In this document: positions 11,801-20,408 of the stretch, piece by piece
How the letters are laid out: every line of letters begins with the position of its first letter
Position numbering within the stretch: the stretch's first letter is position 1
From: a virus
Lineage: Duplodnaviria > Heunggongvirae > Uroviricota > Caudoviricetes
Reading direction: 5' to 3' (one strand)
Virus record (IMG/VR): IMGVR_UViG_3300020576_002722
Coordinates: 1 to 64,000 of that record
DNA: 64,000 nt
The notes under the pieces: model-generated
Told to the model about the DNA's origin: nothing
The model's input: the letters and a program-made list of their open reading frames with translations, nothing else
The model's database searches: none
Made by a program: the position numbers and the translations under genes

Positions 11801-14081
11801 GATCGCCCACGGTGCCCTGTCCGGTGATCCGGAAGGCGTGGCCGGTGCGGAGGAGGCAGTGAAGCAGATCATCGCAGAGGGTCGCAGCAAGTTCCGCGAG
11901 GTGCTGGCCGCCAAGCACGAGCGTTACGTGGCCATGAGGCAGGATGCCATCTCGGCCATCACTGGCGACAAGGGTATCAAGTCAGGGTTCGAGGAAGTGA
12001 AGCTGGAGGAGAAGAAGCGCAACTTCCTAAATCACATGCTCGACGGGATCGGATCGTACCTCGACATGAACGAGGGACTCCGTACGCTGCTCGACAAGAT
12101 CGACAAGTCAGCTAGGGGCGGAGATCCTTGGAGCGGCAAGCTGGACCAGTTCTATCGCAAGGTGGCCAACAGCCGCAACACGATGAACACCAGGGCCATC
12201 TCCACGCTCGACGAGATGCGTGCGAAGCTGGAGGACATCTACGGCGGGAAGAAGGAGGTTGCTCGCGCCGTGAACGAGAACTCAAAAGTGAAGTCTCTCG
12301 GGAACTTCACCGACCTGAATGGCAACAACGTGGAGATGCTGCTGTCACAGAACAGGGCATACTACCTGTACAACCTGATGAAGAGCCCGGAGAACGAGGC
12401 TACATTCAGGGAGATGGGATTCACGGACGAGATGAAGAACGCCGTCGTTGACTTCATGACACCGGAAGTGAAAGAGTGGGCCGACTGGCAGACCGACGTG
12501 TTCTACAAGAACATGTACAATGATGTCAATGAGGTGTACAAGGGACTCAACTACATTGATCTACCGAAGAACAAGTACTTCACGCCTATCAGGCGCGTTG
12601 GCGTTGATGACTCTGCACCTGTTGAGGTGGGAAAGTTCCAGCGCAGCGCTGCCGGTGTAGTGAACGGATCACTGAAAGAGAGGACCGGATCCACGAAGCC
12701 GTTCGATCTGACGACGGATGGAGACAGCGTACTGTACCAGTACGTCGCTGCGATGAATCACTACATCGCATTCGCTGAGACTGTGCGCGATCTTAACGCA
12801 ACGTTCGGATCATCTGATGTGCGCAAGGCTATCTCGCAGAACGCCAACTCCAAGGATAACGATATAATCTCAGGGTTCATTGACGCGCTTGCGAATGACG
12901 GAAGGAATAGGGCGCTGTCGATAGGATTCTGGCAGAAGATACGCGGACTGCACGCAACAGCAAAGCTGTCACTGAACATGGTGGTCGCACTGAAGCAGCT
13001 GTCAGCGATGCCGGCGTACATGACCGATCTGTCGCCGAAGGACTTCGCTGTCGGCCTGATGGACTTCATGCGCCACCCGATCGAGGCGTCCAATATCCTG
13101 ATGGAGAGTTCGTACATCCAGGAGCGATACAAGAGCGGGTTCGATCGCGACATGGCCATAGCTATGGCTCGCGACTACCAGAAGGCGTTCTCTGGAAAGA
13201 GCACCCTGATGGACAAGCTGATGTTCAACGTGCGCTGGGGCGACAAGGCCGCAGTGTTCTCCGGCGGATGGGCGGTGTACAAGTACCATCACGATAAGGA
13301 GATCAAGGCTGGAAAGAGTGAGGCAGAGGCCAAGCGCATAGGTCTGTCCGAAATGGACGAGGCCACCAAGATGTCGCAGCAGTCTACCGGCACCGAGGAC
13401 TTGAGCGCATTTCAGAGGGCTGGAGAGGCATTCAAGTGGTTCACGATGTACAAGACGAACCCTATGGCTTTCTTCCGCCAAGAGCGCAAGGGCGTCAGGG
13501 ATATGGTTCGCGGTCTCAAGTCCGGTGACAAGACGCTGGCCGGAGATGGGTTCCGAAGGTTTATCGTGTACCACTTCGTACTCCCGGCCGTATTCCAGTT
13601 CGTGGTCAATGCACTTCCAGGCGTACTTACGTCTTCGGACGATGACGACGACAAGGATATGCTCAGGGCCCTAGCTCTTGGATCCATGAATGGATTGTTC
13701 ATAATGGGAGACTTCATGGAATGGATAGGCGATCGACTAACTGGTAAGCCGTGGGCTACCCACAAGGGGTCGCAGGCGGTGGAGGTTCCTATCTTCAAGT
13801 CCATGTCAGACATGATAGCGTCCATAGGCGATGTCATTGAGAGTTGGAAGAATGACGACGATGAATTGACCAAGAACATCATGGAGACGCTTCTTGAGGC
13901 TGGCGATGCGTCAGGCATACCAGCCAAGAGGGCGGCCAAGATGATGGAGAATGGAAGGTTCACGATGGAGTACTGGGACCAGTTGACGCCTGGCGAGCGT
14001 GCGGCCCTGATTTCGGGGTACGATCCACGGGAGATGGGCGACGGATACGGAGGACACCTGCAAAACCCTGAGAATCAGTAA
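5820..14081 (+). CDS. Giant 2753-aa virion protein with zincin-like HExxH motif (possible tape-measure, ejection or polyvalent protein)
   Basis: Single 8.3 kb ORF with ATGA start overlap. Has LAAHEGVHAL (HExxH), long coiled-coil A/Q/K-rich stretches and a DDDDDKD acidic patch. Directly upstream of the tail fibres. Confidence 0.7.
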   Translation: MSTQTPPTFADLVKAATSSDAPQVPPAGNPASSGSFDDLVKAATSPKESTQSPEKAPVVGAEAGLTGSGTRSDLPAQRPPGMPELVRPDMPQASTPEQDAALDNIGGPPQEGQQIGGVSLIQQPKRGMRMTLPTYTIGQDLKVREVRKPSMAEDSFVRTQQRESERAKEAMAKEQAASEWRRQLDPTKEDDPQVRDRIMGEKQALDEQLSLANQYDPVAPDQRGVFAGYFEQPQPHDMGGYVFDQRDDKILKDYVQHLQMHGDGQYKTSTTLGALQAGRESAIDRFADYYKDALQTQTDALNGRVTRLYQMRERGADPQMLQQEAADIEAGYEFVQARMDDWVKNAPKSEVRKAIEQRQKETNEEYDRIKDDWFTPLYATKKGLHAAQLGWNEMLFGSAAGIARAFGDKENYDWSDDVSDYVDRATKMNESALPTEWQQPFSRTVKSPISGKETTKYNILPSLIRGGGGMAALMATGNLAAAGGRALGMALGRGVVGAAGGGANVALSEATMTGVGRASALAGELPGYGQNAGFTAGMFFPEYESYVRQAMDGGVPEKLASDAGLFYALGSAYIERLNPQLYVGGKKAFRTAFTQAIRDGKGPKAALGDGLRQIGIQGGKEGTEELMQGELMRKTNLAVNMLTGADLESATTLREKMNEFGTGAILGSIAALPSNGVARQKRTLAEKESLAFAAEYPEFAAEVIRRDVPEAQQKEFLDKLEKLNKLYVGNGLTDLPVDNADRVAQALAKKKDLQEQIKKAPIADALRSAKGDPREVEVNKLNVDVLREMNVPEDDIALVLASEGVINLPDGAKVTKGADGKLTLDIKEPKEGEPAVSKEDVLSGLVKQVHGIAGERTTAAAKEAKKAPDKDPDEEVEIAPVGDATDLDAALASVTPGMNKALDSEVEAAAKSLSGVGVKVVVHDDIKSFASAFEQAGGSKSVDHLNHEGFYDRGGRTIHINRTNNRSGLAAHEGVHALFMGALSDVANGRQIIAEAARQVMNESPETRSSIARFLESYGGAIRKEDGSIDIEATVADPKLAHEIYAEFVSSVANGTIKLNGGLRTWLKDMYNKIMATLGVSMKFDPKSDDDYIKLAADLASAMKTGRVIRAAENVAENTAPALSVRRASDLAQQLNIASTGAEKEFFGKTWPGLLRQVGNVFKPTKAGFEAAADLAVKDVEEFTRENPKYQDFYNKDWALAVAMLNDAFPITKEQPDLVLAFRAMSGLTSPQTSLGQNMVEAVSAFDHWLNNGSFDAVKVVPTEKGNFSLKKSPFSLGGKTATNKARSLKGLGKLIDENGVGKAIEILKEPVSAKELNEFNGSLGYKSAVGGMKAVKNVVLSATGQSDKVPRMFVFGPKLGAYTLNSLGDGRFTTIDIWESRFIRSYFPRMFASAGGKILNNSTDSDIFTEFIEQFAKAFRERNGFDLDPSAYQAMRWYTMIDAAQKAGYTKALTDGTVSDYTAEALGRVKGHVVPGYAGRGGFDSYQSNDPEAENYVPFSIRRGSPGGDTGGRAEPGKNLIPKDIRKNLTSDGDGSYLFYHYGEDLNGGRINPKYAGTGADKGTRNEGRNNNVSMYYTKPDERESMVSGDVHVVKVPEYKVYPFNTDPLGLYDKAERMFRKDYGDYIDFSPVKQADYMGPLAAKAGFDMMVAQWSKFPLRGETTKALKWDREATDKARDPALSTGSQKFNDIARALIAAGHNTKAKAKAYLKSKGQDGIIDAVIEEMGRILEAQREIRKRNAADNKLSGETTTPLQKQIIDDSGPGQNRSMITVDERMLLKDRIKREAQLAAQSARKAATAARNAADLAQTHTDQGYRQGLAEGQLAGEISGKAQGRKEGAREGAAEAARQRDLFVKSVRAHLSELGTKFTEAKTKAIMTRAVSVNPTNRNQVERFLAYLDAKIDEANEAALGSAVDRIIELTNPSRYKQTNESGILKGKIDDRVRKLLGVIHSAVKGMTLEEVSDKIDAIDAALFSPDADVALLEDQLEAYRIAHGALSGDPEGVAGAEEAVKQIIAEGRSKFREVLAAKHERYVAMRQDAISAITGDKGIKSGFEEVKLEEKKRNFLNHMLDGIGSYLDMNEGLRTLLDKIDKSARGGDPWSGKLDQFYRKVANSRNTMNTRAISTLDEMRAKLEDIYGGKKEVARAVNENSKVKSLGNFTDLNGNNVEMLLSQNRAYYLYNLMKSPENEATFREMGFTDEMKNAVVDFMTPEVKEWADWQTDVFYKNMYNDVNEVYKGLNYIDLPKNKYFTPIRRVGVDDSAPVEVGKFQRSAAGVVNGSLKERTGSTKPFDLTTDGDSVLYQYVAAMNHYIAFAETVRDLNATFGSSDVRKAISQNANSKDNDIISGFIDALANDGRNRALSIGFWQKIRGLHATAKLSLNMVVALKQLSAMPAYMTDLSPKDFAVGLMDFMRHPIEASNILMESSYIQERYKSGFDRDMAIAMARDYQKAFSGKSTLMDKLMFNVRWGDKAAVFSGGWAVYKYHHDKEIKAGKSEAEAKRIGLSEMDEATKMSQQSTGTEDLSAFQRAGEAFKWFTMYKTNPMAFFRQERKGVRDMVRGLKSGDKTLAGDGFRRFIVYHFVLPAVFQFVVNALPGVLTSSDDDDDKDMLRALALGSMNGLFIMGDFMEWIGDRLTGKPWATHKGSQAVEVPIFKSMSDMIASIGDVIESWKNDDDELTKNIMETLLEAGDASGIPAKRAAKMMENGRFTMEYWDQLTPGERAALISGYDPREMGDGYGGHLQNPENQ

Positions 14082-14093
14082 CTTCGCACCCAC

Positions 14094-17000
14094 ATGTTCG
14101 CCCTCAACGTATCCCTCTGCGGATCCTGTAACCAGCTATCGTTCGAGGATTCGACCGGGCTCTTCTCCATTGACAACTCTGGAGGCTACAACTCCGGGGA
14201 CGCCGACACCCCGCAGTCGCCCAGCGACTTCGACACGTATGTGCTGACCATCTGGAAGCCTGGTGCCGACCTGGATGGGCCACCGACATACACTCTGGAC
14301 CTACTGGCCAACGTGCCGAACCCGGACTCTGACTACCACTTCACCTGGACCATTACGGCGTCTGCCCTGGGGATCGATCCGATCGTGTCCGGCATCTGGA
14401 ACGCCCACGTTGAGGCGGCCTACGATCAGGTGACCTATACGGCCGACTACGCCGGCTTGATCGACAGCGATATCCTGGACAAGCTGGACGTGGAGATCAT
14501 GCGTGCCGGTCCCGTTCGTGGCCACCTGACCAAGTGCCAGATCAAGCTCATGAACCTCAAGTCCCTCCTGTGCGCAGCGCACTCCGCTGCTGGCTGCAAC
14601 AAAGCCGACATCGCTCAGGAGATCATCAATTACCTGTATCAAAACTTCCGTCGCTGCTGCGGCTGGCCGAGGGCCGGTAACAACTGTGCATCTGCGCCGT
14701 GTGGATGCGGTAGTCGCGCGCTCCCCGCTGGCCGTCCCCGTCGCAACGGATCGGTGTGGTATTCTGGTATCGGAGCACCGTCTGCTTCCCTCGGCTCTAC
14801 CAGCGACTGGTACGTCGACACCGAGCACAACGCCGACACGCCCGTTGGGTTCGACACCTTCTACCAGAAGGTGGCCGGCGTGTGGACGCTCAAGTTCGTC
14901 ATCGAAGACGGTGCCCCAGGTAATGATGGACCTGCCGGGGCTGATGGCGCTCCTGGGTTCACTACTCTCCTGGCCAGCTCACTAAATCCGGCTATCGGGT
15001 TTACGCAGCCAGCAGCTGATGGATTCAGCTATACACTCGCCAACGTAGCTGACAATAGCTGGATCGCCATCGGTGCCCCGCTATTCATTGGTAACGGCGG
15101 CCAGTACATCGTGGTCGGGAAGGCCGGTGCCAACCAGATCTCGATCGTCAACCTCCAGAACACCGCCATCATCGGATCGTATCCAGGAAACGTTCCTCCC
15201 GGAAGTACGGTCCCTATCGGAGCTATCGTGGCCGCAAGTGGATTCCAGGGCCCAGCTGGTCCAGGATCTTCCTTCAGCGGAGCCTACTCCGATCTGACCG
15301 GAATCCCGTCCAGCTTCAACCCGTCCGCTCACGCTCCAACGCACACCGCAGGAGGCAGCGATCAGATCACCGTTGTCGAGTCGATGATGTCCCTGTCGGA
15401 CAACACGCTCAACAACGCAAGCACGACCAAGCATGGCTTCCTTCCGAAGCTGTCCGGCAATGCAGCGCAGGCGCTTCTCGGTAACGGAACCTGGGGCGCG
15501 AGCGCAGGGTATACGGACGAGCAGGCGCAGGACGCTGTCGGAAACAACATGTTGGACACCAGCACGGTGGATGCTGTGTATACCGACGGTGCTCCATCGA
15601 ACCAGTTCAGCTGGAACGTGAAGCCTGCCGGGATCGCGCTCGACACCCTGGGCAGTCCGACCGACAACACGAACCTGAACGCGACCACCACGTACCACGG
15701 CCTCCTGCCCAAGCTGAATGGATCCACCGGTCAGTATCTGCGCGGCGACGGTACATGGGGTACCCCGGCCGGCAGCGGGTCGGTGACCAACTACCCGGAC
15801 CTGGCTGACGTGGAGGCGATCGCCACTGCGTACAATGAGACGATCCAGGTGAACGGAGATGGCACCGGACTGGTGAACCGCTTGGTCAGCAACCCGACGA
15901 TCGATCTCGGTGCGATGTTCAACATCCGCCCGAAGACGTACGCCAACATGAACAACATCGATCAGTGTGGCCCGGACCTGGGCATGGTGATCGCCGACTT
16001 CATCGACCTGTTCCCGAACTACTACGACGTGCTCAGTGTTGAGCTTGGGTGGTCCGATGCGGACATCCTCAGGCTGACCTACTTCACGGCCGCCTTCAAT
16101 GAGATCGGATTCCTCGCATGGAACGGCGGATCCGGCTACGCGTACACGCGCTACAAGATCGCCCTCCCCGCTGGCAAGCTCTGGTACAACTCCGAGCTTC
16201 GCATGGGGCAGAACATCGTAGAGGGACAGGGTTCCTTCTACTACGGCGGATACGGCAACACGGAGGTGGCCTGCACGCACACCGACTGGAAGAGCCTGTA
16301 CGGATCACAGAACGACGGCACATACCTCGGATTCTGCCCGTGGACCTACGCCGGTGAAGAGGGCGCATCGATCGATCCGGTGGCCACACTCGGTGGATCC
16401 AGCTGGTGCCACAGCACCATGATCAAGGATCTCTGCATGTCTGGCACATGCACCGACTTCAACGACTACCGCTATCGCGAGGCCGGGTTCAACTATTGGG
16501 GTCCTGGTGAGAACTCCGGTGCGGAGAACTGCCTGTTCGTACACTTCAATGACTCGGGCATCGTAGTCAGGGCCCAGTGCGCCTATGCGTACGCCAACCA
16601 CTGCTCCTTCTTCTCGAACGGGGTCAGCGGCTACGGCATCGGTGGTATCTCTCGCGCTACGTTGAGTCTTAGCGCTTCGGGTGACCTGAACCCGTTCATG
16701 TACTACACCTATCGTTGCGGAGAGACGAACACGGCACCCAACGCAAGGGCTGCCGTCACTGCGACGACAGCGAACTTCATTCAGCCGGCCGTATCCGGAA
16801 CGGTGGCAGTTGCCGTAGCGGATACTGGAACCCTGCGTATCGGGCAGCCGTTCTATGTGACCGGTGGAGGATACTATGAGATCACCAACATCGTTGGACT
16901 CACGCTGACGCTGGAGAACACTGGTGACTACCAGAACGCAGCTCCTGGTGCATCGATCCTGTCCGGAGCAGTGTGCAACTTCCCATACTGGCCCAACACG

Positions 17001-17573
17001 TTGTCCGGAAACCCTGGTGGGAACATCACGGTCCCATACCTGAAGCTGGAGTCGTTCGCCTGCGGCACCCTGATCGGAACGTACAGCCCATGCCCGAATG
17101 GCGCAGAGGGCAAGGGTCAGATGCTGGCCCGCCTGACCGGTCGATTCCACTTCGCTGTACTTGGCGGAACAGCCACGTCGGAGGGCGGAAAGTGCGACAG
17201 CCTGATCCGCGTGGAGAACGATGGCGATACCGGCGGAACGATCCCACTGTCGAACTCGTCCGTGTACGTGGCCAACCTCGGCTCCATCAGCTGGGCCCAC
17301 TGGCTGCACGACGTGAAGAACGACACCAAGTACGTGGCCAACGTGGTCGACGACGACACCCACGGAAGCGGGATCATGTGGACCTATGGGTATCCGTCAG
17401 CTCCTGCTGACGCGTTCGACCCACTGAAGGTTGGCGTTACGCTATCGACCATCACCGCCACCTACAAGGGCATCCAGCCGTTCATCAACGACGCCGATCC
17501 TATCGTGTGGAACCAGTCTACTGGTCCATCTGCCGGAGATGGATGGGACGCTGTAACCGGAATCCTGAACTGA
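14094..17573 (+). CDS. Tail fibre protein with collagen-like Gly-X-Y tract (1159 aa)
   Basis: GAPGNDGPAGADGAPGF collagen-like run. Repeated TTKHGFLPKL...LLGNGTWGA and TTYHGLLPKL...LRGDGTWGTPAG motifs typical of phage fibres. Cys-rich C-terminal region. Confidence 0.7.
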   Translation: MFALNVSLCGSCNQLSFEDSTGLFSIDNSGGYNSGDADTPQSPSDFDTYVLTIWKPGADLDGPPTYTLDLLANVPNPDSDYHFTWTITASALGIDPIVSGIWNAHVEAAYDQVTYTADYAGLIDSDILDKLDVEIMRAGPVRGHLTKCQIKLMNLKSLLCAAHSAAGCNKADIAQEIINYLYQNFRRCCGWPRAGNNCASAPCGCGSRALPAGRPRRNGSVWYSGIGAPSASLGSTSDWYVDTEHNADTPVGFDTFYQKVAGVWTLKFVIEDGAPGNDGPAGADGAPGFTTLLASSLNPAIGFTQPAADGFSYTLANVADNSWIAIGAPLFIGNGGQYIVVGKAGANQISIVNLQNTAIIGSYPGNVPPGSTVPIGAIVAASGFQGPAGPGSSFSGAYSDLTGIPSSFNPSAHAPTHTAGGSDQITVVESMMSLSDNTLNNASTTKHGFLPKLSGNAAQALLGNGTWGASAGYTDEQAQDAVGNNMLDTSTVDAVYTDGAPSNQFSWNVKPAGIALDTLGSPTDNTNLNATTTYHGLLPKLNGSTGQYLRGDGTWGTPAGSGSVTNYPDLADVEAIATAYNETIQVNGDGTGLVNRLVSNPTIDLGAMFNIRPKTYANMNNIDQCGPDLGMVIADFIDLFPNYYDVLSVELGWSDADILRLTYFTAAFNEIGFLAWNGGSGYAYTRYKIALPAGKLWYNSELRMGQNIVEGQGSFYYGGYGNTEVACTHTDWKSLYGSQNDGTYLGFCPWTYAGEEGASIDPVATLGGSSWCHSTMIKDLCMSGTCTDFNDYRYREAGFNYWGPGENSGAENCLFVHFNDSGIVVRAQCAYAYANHCSFFSNGVSGYGIGGISRATLSLSASGDLNPFMYYTYRCGETNTAPNARAAVTATTANFIQPAVSGTVAVAVADTGTLRIGQPFYVTGGGYYEITNIVGLTLTLENTGDYQNAAPGASILSGAVCNFPYWPNTLSGNPGGNITVPYLKLESFACGTLIGTYSPCPNGAEGKGQMLARLTGRFHFAVLGGTATSEGGKCDSLIRVENDGDTGGTIPLSNSSVYVANLGSISWAHWLHDVKNDTKYVANVVDDDTHGSGIMWTYGYPSAPADAFDPLKVGVTLSTITATYKGIQPFINDADPIVWNQSTGPSAGDGWDAVTGILN

Positions 17574-17575
17574 CC

Positions 17576-17794
17576 ATGAGCATCAACAACAAGATCCCAG
17601 GAAAGCAAGACTTCATCCGTGCCGGCATCAGCTGGGACCGGGTGGAGCTTGCACGTAAGGCGGTAGCCGAGTCCGAGGCGAAGCTCGCCGAAGTGAGGGC
17701 CGACGACAAGCTGTCCAAGGAAGAGAAGACGGCCAAGATCAAGGCCATCAAAGACGCCCACACCGAGTACATCCTTTCGATCCGGAACAAGTGA
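17576..17794 (+). CDS. Small hypothetical protein (72 aa, coiled-coil)
   Basis: ATG 2 nt after the fibre-gene stop. Charged helical K/E-rich sequence. The 17507 start in the track would overlap. Confidence 0.4.
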   Translation: MSINNKIPGKQDFIRAGISWDRVELARKAVAESEAKLAEVRADDKLSKEEKTAKIKAIKDAHTEYILSIRNK

Positions 17795-19095
17795 GCATCG
17801 TTATCCCCGACAACGCGATCCTTTCCCGCAGGATCAACTACTCCTGCTGTGTAGCCGACCTGGCGCACCAGTTCATCGTGGCCGACCGCTACGGTGAGGC
17901 GTGCGCAGAGGAGCTTCTTTACAAGATGGAGTGGATGCAGAACGCGCTCGGGGTAATGAACCGCACGCCAACGTCCACGGAGGAAGGGTGCGTGACGCAC
18001 GCATACGCGTGCAAGATCATGCAGTGGGCCGACCCAATGTGCGGACACTGCGAATGCTGCCCTCCGTTCTACCAGCAGGACCCGTGCGCCACACTGCCGT
18101 TCATGCAGGTAGCCTCGGCCGAGGACGCCGGACAGCAGAACGCGCTGGTCGGCAACACCGGTATGCAGTACCTGATCGTGAGCAACAGCCCTCCCGCCGG
18201 AAACGAATGGGCCTCTCATGTTGGCGACATCGCAACGACCAACGGTACCACCTGGTCCTATGTGACGCCTCCGGCCGGATCATTGATCCTGTCGATCAAC
18301 GGTTCAAGCTACTGGATCACCTACTCCGGCGGTGCAGGTACCCAGTACCCTGTCGTTGATGGACAGCTCGCCGGTGCATCCATCTTCCTGTCGTCCGTAT
18401 TCCCGCAAGTGAACGCTATCGCTGCCAGGAACGTAGTCGTACAGGTCAGCAATAACAGCACTGACTGGGTCACCGTATTCGTAGGATCCGAGTCTGCCCT
18501 ATCTACGATCCTGATCGTGGACGCCATCGTACTGGATGCCACGTACATCAGGTCGTACTACTACGTCAACGAGTGCCAGTATGGCCCATCGAACGGAACC
18601 GTTCAGCCTGACGCGTGCGCCGTTGCCCGCACCATCGCCTACGGGGCCGACGCGTCCGAACAGGGAACACTGCCGAACACGCTGGGCATCGAATACCTGA
18701 TCATCTCGGATGAGACAGGTGCCGGAAACGCCTGGGCTTCACAGGTGGGTGACATCGCTACCGGTGACGGCGTCGGCGGGTGGACATACACTACGCCGGC
18801 CGATCTGTCCACCAGCCGTACTACCACGGACTTCTTCGGAGGATCGAACGTCATCTGGATCACATCTGGTGGCGGAACCATCACCCCGTACTTCCCGCCA
18901 TTGTTGGCCAATGTTCTCTGGAACACGGCCACGATCACGACGGACTGGACCCCGAGCGGACACGACATCATCACTCGTCCGGTAACGATCGAGCAGAGCA
19001 ATGACGGCGGAACAACGTGGACGACCGCGTTGGACCAGAGTCGGACCTTGGGGACTCGCTCGACATCACGATCATCCCAGGCGTGGATCCGCTGA
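17791..19095 (+). CDS. Tail fibre-like protein with internal duplication (434 aa)
   Basis: GTG start overlapping the upstream stop. Two ~40-aa repeats: GMQYLIVSNSPPAGNEWASHVGDIATTNGTTWSYVTPPAG and GIEYLIISDETGAGNAWASQVGDIATGDGVGGWTYTTPAD. Cys-rich N-terminus. Confidence 0.6.
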   Translation: MSIVIPDNAILSRRINYSCCVADLAHQFIVADRYGEACAEELLYKMEWMQNALGVMNRTPTSTEEGCVTHAYACKIMQWADPMCGHCECCPPFYQQDPCATLPFMQVASAEDAGQQNALVGNTGMQYLIVSNSPPAGNEWASHVGDIATTNGTTWSYVTPPAGSLILSINGSSYWITYSGGAGTQYPVVDGQLAGASIFLSSVFPQVNAIAARNVVVQVSNNSTDWVTVFVGSESALSTILIVDAIVLDATYIRSYYYVNECQYGPSNGTVQPDACAVARTIAYGADASEQGTLPNTLGIEYLIISDETGAGNAWASQVGDIATGDGVGGWTYTTPADLSTSRTTTDFFGGSNVIWITSGGGTITPYFPPLLANVLWNTATITTDWTPSGHDIITRPVTIEQSNDGGTTWTTALDQSRTLGTRSTSRSSQAWIR

Positions 19096-20075
19096 TGCGT
19101 GTATTGTACGGTGGCCTCTGCCCAGGACAGTCCACTGTGATGGTGTCCGTGGTACCGGCAAGGTCGCTCAGGATATCGTCAGGTGCCCAGATGTCGTACG
19201 GTTCCCCTACCGTCGGGTTGATAGTCCCGGTGCGTCAGCAGACATTCACGTTCGGAACGTACATGAAGGCAGCTGGCGCTCTTGATGTGAACGCGTTCTA
19301 CTTCGACTACACCGTGAGCCGAAGCAATGGATACGTATCCGTTCGTGCCGCCCCCGGCCCCCCGGCATCCCCTCCGGCGCTTCCCGAAAACTATCAGCCG
19401 ATCATCATTTCACTGATCAAGGATAGTACCGATCCTCGCTGGCTTGGTAACCACAACATCATACTGAGCTGTTCTTGCCGTAGCAATGTGCAGCCACTTG
19501 ACTACGACGTATACAGCAGGGCGTACGAGATACCTGGATTGCGTGCGCTTTTGGAGGATGGAAACTGGCACAGCATTGATATCGTCAGGTCCACGGTCAC
19601 TGTGAACAGCTTCGACTTCGCCGACTGGAAGGTTTACGTTGACGGGTCTCCAGTCGTGTTGAACGAGATCTACACGGTAGGGTCTGTCGACCTTCTGGTA
19701 GGATATACTAATGTTGCCGGAAACTTCGCCCCTAAACTCACGGCAGATGGACTCACCGGTGGACGCGATCTCCTATGGAAGAACACCTATTGGTGTACCG
19801 GTGCCTTGACACAGTCGCAGATCACCAACGTGGCCAGGACCGGATCTTGGAGCGGAGCGATAGTTGGCCTTCAGGCCATGTTCGGGTACGATCTTCCGGC
19901 AACATGCAGCTGGCCGCCCACGCTGCCGTACATGGGAGAGCGGTACAACCCGGCCATACCGAACGATCCGGCCGGAGGCGGCCTGATTCCAGGAGGAATG
20001 ACCCTGGTTCGATCTGGCCCGACCGGTAACGGGGAGTTCGTGAACGATGTTCCGTCAACCCTCCTGTTCCCGTAG
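19095..20075 (+). CDS. Hypothetical tail-associated protein (326 aa)
   Basis: TGATG overlap with the upstream gene. Start refined from 19017 to the in-frame ATG at 19095. Confidence 0.5.
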   Translation: MRVLYGGLCPGQSTVMVSVVPARSLRISSGAQMSYGSPTVGLIVPVRQQTFTFGTYMKAAGALDVNAFYFDYTVSRSNGYVSVRAAPGPPASPPALPENYQPIIISLIKDSTDPRWLGNHNIILSCSCRSNVQPLDYDVYSRAYEIPGLRALLEDGNWHSIDIVRSTVTVNSFDFADWKVYVDGSPVVLNEIYTVGSVDLLVGYTNVAGNFAPKLTADGLTGGRDLLWKNTYWCTGALTQSQITNVARTGSWSGAIVGLQAMFGYDLPATCSWPPTLPYMGERYNPAIPNDPAGGGLIPGGMTLVRSGPTGNGEFVNDVPSTLLFP

Positions 20076-20113
20076 AACATGTACAACCGGATGACAATCA
20101 GTACCTTCGCATA

Positions 20114-20407
20114 ATGGAAGTCACCGTAAGCACAGGCTACCTGACCGTCGATCAGAACCCAGGGGTGACAGCTCCTGTCGTGCTGAACGGGGGCACCATC
20201 ATAAGGTTCACTCCGGTCAACAGCAAGAAGTTCGGGGTCAGCCTTTCCGGGTACACATCAGTTGACGACTGGGAGATCGTGATATCCCCCAACGATCTGG
20301 CCATCGACAAGATCCGCCTCGGGGACGTGACGAACCAGGCTGGATGGACCAATGACCTTGCCGGCGCACAGCAGGCTGCCGCAGACCTTTCAGTAGCACT
20401 TCAATGA
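20114..20407 (+). CDS. Small structural protein, paralogue of the N-terminus of the next gene (97 aa)
   Basis: MEVTVSTGYL...WTNDLAGAQQAAADLSVALQ parallels MEVVVTTGQV...WTNDLAGTIQAATDLSVAFQ of the adjacent gene. Confidence 0.5.
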   Translation: MEVTVSTGYLTVDQNPGVTAPVVLNGGTIIRFTPVNSKKFGVSLSGYTSVDDWEIVISPNDLAIDKIRLGDVTNQAGWTNDLAGAQQAAADLSVALQ

Positions 20408-20408
20408 C

